Below, in pieces: positions 46,940 to 55,590 of a stretch of DNA of 64,000 nucleotides; position 1 is the stretch's first letter; each line of letters begins with the position of its first letter. This DNA comes from an uncultured bacterium (GTDB lineage: Bacteria; UBP7; UBA6624). Position numbers and translations under genes: made by a program. The stretch is from assembly GCA_964012435.1 (NCBI GenBank), contig CAXGSM010000006.1, positions 53 to 64,052 of the forward strand. Reading direction: 5' to 3'. The notes under the pieces are model-generated. The model was given only the letters and a program-made list of their open reading frames with translations. It was not told where the DNA came from and did no database searches.

Positions 46940-47676
46940 TTTTTAATTTACTTATTGCAAACCCTTTAAGTCCTGATGGTATTGGAGTTTGGATTGCTGC
47001 TATATTGACAATAGCAATCTTTTCTTTTCTTTACAAAGACAATCCTTTGTTCAAATTTGCGGAACACCTTTATGTTGGAATTGGCGCTGGTTATATTGTT
47101 GTTGTAGCCTGGCACAATGATATTGCAACAAATGTTATACAGCCTTTTAAAGATGGATTGATAGCTGTTCAAAATAGTGATTCCAGTGGTTGGATAAATA
47201 TAGTAAACCCAATCATGGCATGTGTTATTGGAAGTTTTCTATTCTTTCCTGTTATAGCTCCAAAATTCAGATGGCTTACGAAATATGCCTTTGCCTTTAT
47301 ATTGGGAACTTTTTCAGGAATAAAGGTAGCACCTGTGATTAAAGAGAAATTAATTACTCAACTTTCATCTACACTTGATCGTATTTGCGCAGTTTCTAAC
47401 GAGTGTGCGGCACAAGTTGCATCAATAACCTACACGCCAGAGACATCAGCTATCTTTAATGCTGCTTTTGTTCTTTTGGGTGTTTTGTGTGGCTTGGTTT
47501 ATTTTTTCTTCTCTTTAGAACATAAAGGTGGAACTAAAATTGTAGCCAAAACAGGCATACTTATTTTGATGGTTGGATTTGGTGCAAGTTTTGGTTTAAC
47601 AGTCATGGGACGTGTTTCCTTGCTGATTGATAGGATCCAATTTCTTTTAGGTGATTGGTTGGGTCTTCTCGCTTAA
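46936..47676 (+). CDS. Polytopic membrane protein, second copy (D2)
   Basis: Paralog of 43862-44635, sharing FSFLYKDNP, FAEHL and FGASFG.TVM.R.SLL. Confidence 0.75.
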   Translation: MIFNLLIANPLSPDGIGVWIAAILTIAIFSFLYKDNPLFKFAEHLYVGIGAGYIVVVAWHNDIATNVIQPFKDGLIAVQNSDSSGWINIVNPIMACVIGSFLFFPVIAPKFRWLTKYAFAFILGTFSGIKVAPVIKEKLITQLSSTLDRICAVSNECAAQVASITYTPETSAIFNAAFVLLGVLCGLVYFFFSLEHKGGTKIVAKTGILILMVGFGASFGLTVMGRVSLLIDRIQFLLGDWLGLLA

Positions 47677-47689
47677 TCTTATAAATTTA

Positions 47690-48610
47690 ATGATCGAAGA
47701 ACAAATTTCTATACCGTTAAAAAACTCAAATGAAGCTTTAAAGCTTTTAGGGATAGGTGACAAGAATGCAAAAAACCTCAAGCGTAAATTTGGTGTTAGA
47801 TTATCTATAGAAGACAATGAATTATTAATTAAGGGAAATACTGTAAATACAGAAATTATCAAGGTTCGCTTGAAAGAGGTGATAGCCAAGTTAAGAAATG
47901 ATATGGATATGCATTCAAATGTTGTTGAAACTATATTGATGGGTGACAATAAAAATATTAGCTCTTTTGAAGTTAACAGCGAAAGAATCGATCCAAAAAG
48001 CATTGGACAATCTAATCTAATAGACAAGATTTTAAAAGATCCATTAGTTCTTGTTACCGGTCCGGCAGGTACCGGAAAAACATTTTTAACAGTTGCTTGT
48101 GCATGCAGGTTGCTTGAGGAGGGAAAGATAGAAAGGATTATTTTATGTAGGCCTGTTGTTGAAGCCGGTGAAAGCCTTGGTTTTTTGCCAGGCGATATTG
48201 ATTCAAAAGTTTTTCCTTACTTTAGGCCTTTGCATGATTCTTTAGTAAAGCTTTTGGGTTTCCCTGCAACAAAAAGAATGTTTGATTCAGGTGTCATTGA
48301 AATGGCACCATTGGCTTACATGAGGGGAAGAACATTAGAAGATGCTTTTTTGATATTAGACGAAGCCCAAAATACAACTATTGCTCAAATGAAAATGTTT
48401 TTAACGAGGATGGGGAAGGGTTCCAAAACTGTTGTAACTGGTGATCCTAGCCAATGTGATCTTCCAAAAAACAAAGTAAGTGGTTTAACTCATTCTTTAA
48501 ACATTTTGTCAAAAATTGAAAATGTTGGAGTTGTTGAACTAAAGGGTTCGGATATGGTTAGACATCCACTTGTTGGCAAAATAGATAAAGCTTTTGGAGC
48601 TGAGTGTTGA
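47690..48610 (+). CDS. phoH: PhoH-family ATPase
   Basis: Motifs GPAGTGKT, RPVVEAGESLGFLPGD, PLAYMRGRTL, LDEAQN and VRHPLV. Start moved to ATG 47690. Confidence 0.95.
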   Translation: MIEEQISIPLKNSNEALKLLGIGDKNAKNLKRKFGVRLSIEDNELLIKGNTVNTEIIKVRLKEVIAKLRNDMDMHSNVVETILMGDNKNISSFEVNSERIDPKSIGQSNLIDKILKDPLVLVTGPAGTGKTFLTVACACRLLEEGKIERIILCRPVVEAGESLGFLPGDIDSKVFPYFRPLHDSLVKLLGFPATKRMFDSGVIEMAPLAYMRGRTLEDAFLILDEAQNTTIAQMKMFLTRMGKGSKTVVTGDPSQCDLPKNKVSGLTHSLNILSKIENVGVVELKGSDMVRHPLVGKIDKAFGAEC

Positions 48611-50214
48611 TGAAATTCAAGATAGATAAAAAATCTTTTTCATTGTTGATCTTTATAGTGTTTTTGTCTTGTTTTTTTGCAAGGATGCTCAGTCTGTCTT
48701 ATGGAACTTTTTTATTGACTGAAGATCAGCTTGTTGAAAAGAACATTTACGCAACACAAAAAATCTCAATTGAAGGTCAATTTTTTGAAAAAGGAGATTT
48801 GATAATGGCTTCTGGTGAAGGGCATGCAACAAAAGAAATTATCTCAATGCTCAAGGAAGAAGGACGATTGAGAACTGCTGATTGGTCTTTTAAGTTGCTT
48901 TCCGACACTCTTTATTTTTTACTGTTATTATCTTTAGTTTGGATTGCTGTTGAAAAAGTTGGTTATCCGATTAGTAATTTTTCGCATAATTTAAACTTTC
49001 TCACATTTCTTGCAAGTTGCTTAATTATTTCTGCATCTTTGATTTCTATACTTAAACCAGACCTCAATCCAACATTTCAATTAGCAATACCTATTAGTAC
49101 ATGTTTATTAACATTAATTATTCTTTATCCATTTCGTTTTGCTTTGATTTATTCTTTATTAATGTTGTATTTACTTATTCCAATACTTCCCCATTTGGAA
49201 ATTAGCAATCTTGTAGGTATTTTTTCTGCTTTAGCAGCTATAGTCGGAATAAAAGATCGTAGCAAGATTAAATTATTTGAATCAGTCGGATTTTTGGTTT
49301 TGTTTTTGTGGCTTTTGGATTCATTGATACATTTTTCAAAATATGGAACAAATACATCTATAACTGATGTAATTCTGATGCAGAGTCTTCCGGGTTCTGT
49401 GATTGTTGGAGTCTTTGTGTTTTCACTCGTTACTTTATTTTTGAAAATTGCAAAGAAAAATTTCTTACTTTCAACGCCTGAAGCGTTAATTGAATTGTCA
49501 GCACCTGATCATTTCTTGTTATCGCAGCTTGCAGAAAAAGCTCCTGGAACAATGGCACATGTTCATGCCGTCCAAGAAATTGCTGAAGCAGGATGCTCCG
49601 CGATTTCTTCAATGTCTCAATCTTCAAGTTCGCCAGTTAACCCTTGGCTTGTTAGGGCAGGTGCTTTATTCCATGATATTGGGAAAATAGAAAGACCACA
49701 TTTTTTTAGCGAAAATCAAAAAGATAGCGAAAACCCCCACGAAGACCTATCTCCACAAATGAGTGCAAGGTTGTTGATAAGCCATGTTAAAAGTGGTGTT
49801 GAGTTAGCTAAAGCAAACAAACTTCCAGATAGGGTTATTTCAATAATAAAAAGCCATCATGGACAAACTCTTGCAGGTCATTTTTACACCCTGGCTAAAG
49901 AGCAGGCTGAAGCTGTTGGAGCAACCCCTCCAAATGATAAAGATTTTAGATATCCAGGACCAAAACCAAAAGCGATTGAAGAGGTAATTGTTTCGCTTGC
50001 GGATGCAGTTGAAGCAATCAGTCGATCTTTAAGGGATCTACCATCCGAAGATCTCATTAAGGTATTAAAGGAAGAAATTGAGGCAAGAGAGTCTGAAGGT
50101 CATTTTTCTGAATCTGAAATAACTACAGCTCAATTTTCAGTTTTAAAAAAGGCTGTTTTAGAAGAAGCAGTTCTTAGGCATCATAGAAGAATAGGTTACA
50201 TAAAAGAATCTTGA
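48610..50214 (+). CDS. 7TM-HD phosphohydrolase (PgpH-like c-di-AMP phosphodiesterase family)
   Basis: Multi-TM region, then APGT..H, AGALFHDIGK..RPHFF.ENQ, SHV..G, HHG, FRYPGPKP and LADAVEA. Located between phoH and ybeY. Confidence 0.88.
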   Translation: MKFKIDKKSFSLLIFIVFLSCFFARMLSLSYGTFLLTEDQLVEKNIYATQKISIEGQFFEKGDLIMASGEGHATKEIISMLKEEGRLRTADWSFKLLSDTLYFLLLLSLVWIAVEKVGYPISNFSHNLNFLTFLASCLIISASLISILKPDLNPTFQLAIPISTCLLTLIILYPFRFALIYSLLMLYLLIPILPHLEISNLVGIFSALAAIVGIKDRSKIKLFESVGFLVLFLWLLDSLIHFSKYGTNTSITDVILMQSLPGSVIVGVFVFSLVTLFLKIAKKNFLLSTPEALIELSAPDHFLLSQLAEKAPGTMAHVHAVQEIAEAGCSAISSMSQSSSSPVNPWLVRAGALFHDIGKIERPHFFSENQKDSENPHEDLSPQMSARLLISHVKSGVELAKANKLPDRVISIIKSHHGQTLAGHFYTLAKEQAEAVGATPPNDKDFRYPGPKPKAIEEVIVSLADAVEAISRSLRDLPSEDLIKVLKEEIEARESEGHFSESEITTAQFSVLKKAVLEEAVLRHHRRIGYIKES

Positions 50215-50606
50215 GCATTTCAGTTGTAAATTTAAATTTGAATCTTGATAAAAAGATCAATATTCTTTATGAAAAAATAAAAGAGAAAAGAGAGCTTGAT
50301 GGCAAAGAAGTGAATGGAGATATTTCAATCATTTTTGTAGATAAAGATCATATGAATAAATTAAATCTTGAATATAGGAATCATGATAAACCTACAGATG
50401 TTTTGACATTTGTTTTAAATAAGGATACTTTTGAAGGTGAGATTTACATATGTACTTCAGCTTGCAATGAAGAAGATCTTGAAAAATGGACACTAAATAG
50501 AGTGATTCATGGTTTCTTACATATGGATGACTGCCATCACTCGACAGAGGAAGAGACAGTAATTAATGAAAAAAGACACAATGCTCTTTTCAGGGAGATT
50601 AGCTAA
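50211..50606 (+). CDS. ybeY: rRNA maturation endoribonuclease YbeY
   Basis: LN.EYRNHDKPTDVLTF, GEIYIC and HGFLH.....H zinc motif. Confidence 0.88.
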   Translation: MSISVVNLNLNLDKKINILYEKIKEKRELDGKEVNGDISIIFVDKDHMNKLNLEYRNHDKPTDVLTFVLNKDTFEGEIYICTSACNEEDLEKWTLNRVIHGFLHMDDCHHSTEEETVINEKRHNALFREIS

Positions 50607-51880
50607 TGTCTTTTCTTCAAGATCTTTCAATTTCAGGTGTTCAAATTTTGGTACCTTTGGTTTTGTTGTTGTTTTCTGCTTTTTTTTCATTTGCTGAAGC
50701 TGCAATTTTTGCAATATCAAGCACAGAGTTAGCTTCAAGGAAAAATTCAGCTGCAAATATTTTAAAAAAAATGGTATCAGACCCAGAGCAACTTTCAATG
50801 TGTTTGATGGTTGGTTACAATCTTGCAAATATAAGCTTGGCTTTGTTGGTAACTCAATATGTTATGGCTTTCACGTCCGGACTTGATAACCAAAAAATAA
50901 TCTTGGCACTGGTTGCTCTTTCGAATTTTTTCATTGTTACAACGTTTGGAGAAATTGTTCCTAGGCTATTAGCGATTAAGAAACCTTATGAAGCTGCATT
51001 GAAATTTGCGTATATTTTGTATTTTTTTACAATCATTTTGAAAATACCTGCTTTTATCATCAAGCATGTAAATAACATATTTTTAAAAATTGTTAAAGTG
51101 CCAGAACTTAGTGAAGGCAAAACAATTGAAAGAGAGGTTCAATCTTTAGCAAGTGATGAAGTTTTCGCAGAAAGTGTAGAGGATGATGAGGTTGAGATGA
51201 TTCAAGGAGTTTTGAATTTAGAAGATTTAAATGTTAAAGATGTTATGGTTCCTCGTGTTGAAGTAGATGCACTTGAAAAATCTTTAAAACTCAAAGAAGT
51301 TTTTGAACTTGTTGCTAAAAAATTTAGAAGTCGCTATCCTGTTTATAACGAAAGAATTGATAGCGTTATTGGGATTCTTCACATTAAGGATATATTAGGT
51401 GAGAACCCTAATGATTCAGTTGAAAAGTACATAAGGGATGCTTTGATGTTTGCTCCAAATATGCCTTTAGATAACGCTTTTAAATCAATGAGAAACAACC
51501 GTAAACATTTGGCCATAGTTTTAGATGAGTATGGAGGAATGGATGGTATCGTAACCGTCGAAGACTTGCTTGAGGAAGTTGTTGGCCAAATAGAAGATGA
51601 ATACCAGCTTGAAGATCCTGATTTGGTTGAAGTAAATGAGGGCTGTTTACTAATCGTAAGGCCAGCTTTGAGGGTGACTGAAGTCATGGATTCATTAGAT
51701 TTACCATGCATTGACCCTCCTGCACAGCAGGTCGGACCACTTGTTTATAAAATGCTTGAAAGAGTTCCTGAGGAAAATGATGTTGTTAAATGGGGAGGTG
51801 CTATTTTTAAGGTTGTCGATATGGATGGAACCCAAATAAAAAGACTTGAAATTGTTAAAAGTAGTGAGGATTCAGAATGA
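50606..51880 (+). CDS. CNNM/DUF21-CBS-CorC domain protein (hemolysin/CorB family)
   Basis: FSAFFSFAEAA, FGEIVPR, VKDVMVPR, SRYPVY, VLDEYGG..GIVTVEDLLEEVVG and a CorC-like C-terminus. Confidence 0.92.
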   Translation: MSFLQDLSISGVQILVPLVLLLFSAFFSFAEAAIFAISSTELASRKNSAANILKKMVSDPEQLSMCLMVGYNLANISLALLVTQYVMAFTSGLDNQKIILALVALSNFFIVTTFGEIVPRLLAIKKPYEAALKFAYILYFFTIILKIPAFIIKHVNNIFLKIVKVPELSEGKTIEREVQSLASDEVFAESVEDDEVEMIQGVLNLEDLNVKDVMVPRVEVDALEKSLKLKEVFELVAKKFRSRYPVYNERIDSVIGILHIKDILGENPNDSVEKYIRDALMFAPNMPLDNAFKSMRNNRKHLAIVLDEYGGMDGIVTVEDLLEEVVGQIEDEYQLEDPDLVEVNEGCLLIVRPALRVTEVMDSLDLPCIDPPAQQVGPLVYKMLERVPEENDVVKWGGAIFKVVDMDGTQIKRLEIVKSSEDSE

Positions 51881-52839
51881 CTCTTTATTTAGTAATTTTA
51901 TTCATATTGATTTCAGGATGGTTTACAGGTTTGGAAATCGCTTTGCTTCAGGCTGATAAAGTTGAATTATCAAACAACACAAAAGAGGATTCTGGTTTTA
52001 AAAATTTATTTGACTGGATGGCAAATTCTTCTAAATTGTTTACAACGATACTGTTAAGTATTAATTTTTCAAACCAGATTGCTGCTGCAATTTTTTCTTA
52101 TTTTATTTATGCTAATCTTTTAACTGATGAAAGAGCATATTTAAATTTGATATTTACAGTAGTTATATTGATTTTTGCTGAAGGTCTTCCAAAAATGTGG
52201 GCGATTCGAAGTTCAGATATTTTTATCAAAGGCGCCAACACAAGCTTGAAAATTTCTAATTATTTATTGGCACCCTTCATAGCTTTTTTTTCCTTTTTGC
52301 CACGAAGGATGAATATGGACTCAAAAGGATTGATTCGAGTTTACAAGATTCAAAGAAAAGAAATTATCAATATTACAGACAGGGCAATGGAAGAAAAAAT
52401 CATGACTGATGAAGTGAAACGGATACGTGGAGTTTTGTCCCTTGGTGAAAAAACTGTTAGATCATGCATTGTGCCAAAGGATGAGATTGCCGTTCTCGGT
52501 CCTGATATGAAATTTGATGATGTTGTAGATGTCATTAAAAAAACCGGACACAGCAGAATACCATTTTGTTTTAACGATCTAGAAGATTCAAGAACTTACC
52601 TTCATGCCAAATCATTATTTAAATTGAAAAAAGGTGAAGACTGGAAAACAGTTTTGAAGCCACTTGTACGTTTGAAAAGTAATACCTACCTTGATGATGC
52701 TATGGATTCAATGAAACAAGGTGGTGGCATTGCTATAGTAGAAACAAAAACACAAACTCTTGGTGTTGTTTTTCTTGAGGATATACTTGAATTTGCTGTT
52801 GGCAAGACTGCCGATGAGTATGACGAGAAATTGAATTGA
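51877..52839 (+). CDS. CNNM/DUF21-CBS protein, short paralog lacking the CorC domain
   Basis: SGWFTGLEIA, FAEGLPK, GHSRIP and GVVFLEDILEFAVG...DEYD. Confidence 0.85.
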   Translation: MTLYLVILFILISGWFTGLEIALLQADKVELSNNTKEDSGFKNLFDWMANSSKLFTTILLSINFSNQIAAAIFSYFIYANLLTDERAYLNLIFTVVILIFAEGLPKMWAIRSSDIFIKGANTSLKISNYLLAPFIAFFSFLPRRMNMDSKGLIRVYKIQRKEIINITDRAMEEKIMTDEVKRIRGVLSLGEKTVRSCIVPKDEIAVLGPDMKFDDVVDVIKKTGHSRIPFCFNDLEDSRTYLHAKSLFKLKKGEDWKTVLKPLVRLKSNTYLDDAMDSMKQGGGIAIVETKTQTLGVVFLEDILEFAVGKTADEYDEKLN

Positions 52840-53639
52840 AACAAAGTATCATCATCCATGCCGGTGCTGGCAAACACAGAGCTTCACTGAAGGATGTGGA
52901 TCGTGTTGTTAAATTAGCAGTTGAAGAAGGGTTTAAACAAAAAAAGAATGGTGCTTTAGACATGTCTGTTAAAGCAGTCGAAGTTATGGAGAATTCAGGA
53001 TTTTTGAATTCAGGATCTGGAAGCGTTAGACAGGATGATGGGAAGGTCAGAATGGATGGTTCAATTATGTTAAGTAATGGTGCAATTTCTTCTGTTTTAG
53101 GGTTGCCGGGATGTTGGAATGTTTCACTCATCTGTAAGGCATTGTTGACTTCAAAAAATCCAATGATGTGCGGAAAACAATTAAAGCAAAAAGTAGAACA
53201 TTTAGGCTTTTTTGAACTTAAACCTGATCCCGAATCGTACAGAGAGTGGTTTAATCTTGGTCAGAATTCACCTGGAACCGTTGGTGCTGTAGCTTTTGAT
53301 GGTGATGAATTATGCGCTGTTACAACAACAGGAGGCAGGTCTGGAGTTGAGGCTGGAAGGATAGGCGATAGCGGCATTCCTGGATCAGGATCGTCAGCAA
53401 GCTCCATTGGTGCTGTTTCATGTACTGGGATAGGTGAAGCAATAGTCAGATCAAGATTGTCAGATTATGCTTTGAATTTGATGAATAGCATGCACCCAAT
53501 GGAAGCTTGTCAAAAAGCAATAGAAAAATTAGAGCAAGATATTTTTCAAGAGGGTATTGGTGGCTTGATTGCAATAAATAACAAAGGTGAAACTGGTTGG
53601 GCTTTCAACACTCAAGAAATGCCTATTGGATTCAAATAG
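52836..53639 (+). CDS. Isoaspartyl peptidase/L-asparaginase (Ntn hydrolase)
   Basis: IIHAGAG, NSGSGS, MDGSIM, GTVGAVA (Thr nucleophile), TTGG..GRIGDS and SCTGIGE. Confidence 0.92.
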   Translation: MKQSIIIHAGAGKHRASLKDVDRVVKLAVEEGFKQKKNGALDMSVKAVEVMENSGFLNSGSGSVRQDDGKVRMDGSIMLSNGAISSVLGLPGCWNVSLICKALLTSKNPMMCGKQLKQKVEHLGFFELKPDPESYREWFNLGQNSPGTVGAVAFDGDELCAVTTTGGRSGVEAGRIGDSGIPGSGSSASSIGAVSCTGIGEAIVRSRLSDYALNLMNSMHPMEACQKAIEKLEQDIFQEGIGGLIAINNKGETGWAFNTQEMPIGFK

Positions 53640-53656
53640 AATTTAATGGATTGTAT

Positions 53657-54472
53657 ATGTACACAGAATTAGTTTTTATTATTTTTTTTGCATGTTTCGG
53701 CAGTTTTTTAAATGTCGTGATACATCGATATTACTCCAAAGAGAGTGTGATTTTCGGTTCATCTTACTGTCCCAAATGCAAATACAAAATAAAATGGTTC
53801 GATAACATTCCAGTGATTTCCTGGCTCTTCCTACAGGGCAAATGTAGAGCTTGTAAGGAACCTATATCTTTTGTTTATCCAACAGTAGAGATAATGAGTG
53901 CTTTTATCGGCTATTCTTTATTCTTTTCTACAGATCATTTTTTCATTTCGGGTTATAAGCATGATTGGAGTTTACCAATTGCGTTATTATCTTTTTTTAT
54001 TTTTTGTGGATTTTTGGTAATCACCTTTATAGATTTAAAATCAAAAATAATCCCTCATAGATTCTTGATATTTTCAGGAGTTAATGTATTTTTCATTCAT
54101 TTTCTCACCGAAAACAAAAGTGATTCATTTATTGATGGCTTAATTGGAATGTTCGCCTTATCCATAGCTCTTTCAGGCATTTTATGGCTTGGAAGTTTAA
54201 TGTTAAAAAGAGACGCAATGGGTTGGGGAGACGTGAAAATGGCACTTGTAATTGGTTTTCTATTAGGTTGGGATTTTGGATATATTGCTATTTTTACAGC
54301 AATTTTTGTAGGAGCTGTTTTTGGATTATCAATGATGGCTTCTAAAAAAATAAAAAATCAAAATTACAGAAACTTGGAAATGCCATTTGGTCCCTTCTTA
54401 GCTTTAGGAACATACTTAACTTTTATTTATGGTCCAAAATTAATTAATGATTTTTTTGCTGTATTGTCTTAA
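53657..54472 (+). CDS. pilD: Prepilin peptidase/N-methyltransferase (A24)
   Basis: GSFLNVVIHR, SYCPKC, NIPVISWL...GKCRAC, FID, MGWGDVK and PFGPFL. Start moved to ATG 53657. Confidence 0.95.
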   Translation: MYTELVFIIFFACFGSFLNVVIHRYYSKESVIFGSSYCPKCKYKIKWFDNIPVISWLFLQGKCRACKEPISFVYPTVEIMSAFIGYSLFFSTDHFFISGYKHDWSLPIALLSFFIFCGFLVITFIDLKSKIIPHRFLIFSGVNVFFIHFLTENKSDSFIDGLIGMFALSIALSGILWLGSLMLKRDAMGWGDVKMALVIGFLLGWDFGYIAIFTAIFVGAVFGLSMMASKKIKNQNYRNLEMPFGPFLALGTYLTFIYGPKLINDFFAVLS

Positions 54473-54558
54473 ATACTTACGTATTTAAAAAATATCATGT
54501 TTTGAAAATATGCTTTATACTTTATAGGTTTGAATGAATTTGATTCAAATGTAAGAAA

Positions 54559-55590
54559 ATGAAAAAGTTTAATAATCGAATTAAAAAAGGCTTTACGCTC
54601 GCTGAAATGCTTGTTGTCCTTACTATTGTTGGCATATTGATAACAATCAGCCTTCCAGCAGTTGCTCAAGGGAACCACAGAAGAAAATTTGATTCTTATT
54701 CAACAAAAATATTAGGTGATTTAAGATGGGCTTTCAATGAGTCAAGTGCAAAAGGCGAGGAGTTGGTTTTAGAAGTTGTTGGTTTTTATCACAATCAGAC
54801 AAATACAGGACATCCATTCCCATTGGAAGATGTAATCAGGGTTTGGAAGAAGAAAGACTGGGAAAAATATTTAGACCTTTCAATGCATAAAAGCCCAAAT
54901 AGCAGCTTTGATCTTGAGTTTGCAGCTCCCTATTTGGTTTATGACCTTTCTGAAAGTTCTAACTTGAACGAGAACAGCTGTTTCTTGGATGGTACTGATG
55001 CAGCCTCCAATCTTGTCGATTGTGATTATCTTATCAGTGAAGACGAGCTTCCAGTCCCTTTGAGAGAGTATGTTAAAGAGGATTACAAGGATCCTCCCAT
55101 GTTGCTTGAGTTGGCCGAGTATCAAGCTGTTTTAACAAGCAAGAAATTTAAAAGAATTAGGAATATACCAAGGGAGATTGATTTGATTTCTCCATTTGTA
55201 GATCAATCTTTTTATGATGGCAGTGGTTTGGTTAATTATGAAAATTTGATTTCTTATGCAGTCATAAGGCCTGAAGGTAACGCAGAAAGCTCCACAGGCG
55301 TTTTGACTTTTGCTTTTATGTTGAAACCAGAGTATTTCACTGAAAGAATTTTGAGTCTTGCAAACAATAAAACTGAAAATTCATCACGTTTCAAATGCGC
55401 AATGGAGGCAAATCTTCAAAGTAAATCTAATGGAAGGACAGTGCAGTTGATGCTTTCAAGTGGAGGGGTAAGGATTACAGAAGCATCTCCAACTGAATAC
55501 ATGGATCCAAACAGACAATCTTCATGCAGCACTTCAATGCCAGATTCAGAGTGGTCTTTAGATTTTGATAGAGGAACAGGATGGAGATGA
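54559..55590 (+). CDS. Type IV pilin-like protein, GspH/FimT-like (343 aa)
   Basis: KKG|FTLAEMLVVL class III signal, then ILGDLRWAFNES (FimT/GspH-like helix). Confidence 0.8.
   Translation: MKKFNNRIKKGFTLAEMLVVLTIVGILITISLPAVAQGNHRRKFDSYSTKILGDLRWAFNESSAKGEELVLEVVGFYHNQTNTGHPFPLEDVIRVWKKKDWEKYLDLSMHKSPNSSFDLEFAAPYLVYDLSESSNLNENSCFLDGTDAASNLVDCDYLISEDELPVPLREYVKEDYKDPPMLLELAEYQAVLTSKKFKRIRNIPREIDLISPFVDQSFYDGSGLVNYENLISYAVIRPEGNAESSTGVLTFAFMLKPEYFTERILSLANNKTENSSRFKCAMEANLQSKSNGRTVQLMLSSGGVRITEASPTEYMDPNRQSSCSTSMPDSEWSLDFDRGTGWR

Larger units (their letters stand above)
41543..47676 (+). repeat. Old tandem duplication of a four-gene module (41543-44635 and 44632-47676)
   Basis: Same order A-B-C-D twice. 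Long identical peptide blocks but synonymous divergence at DNA level. All eight ORFs are intact. Confidence 0.92.

Noticed and set aside
41543-47676. Duplication as an assembly artefact
   Set aside because: The copies differ extensively at synonymous sites and in length, which a mis-assembled repeat would not.
50500-50545. YbeY as a pseudogene because HGFLHMDDCHH departs from HGxLHLxGYDH
   Set aside because: Three histidines keep the H-x3-H-x5-H spacing, and the ORF is intact and coupled to its neighbours.
54473-54558. Sigma70 promoter for the pilin cluster
   Set aside because: TTGAAA and TATACT are present but only 8 nt apart, so no correctly spaced pair can be supported.
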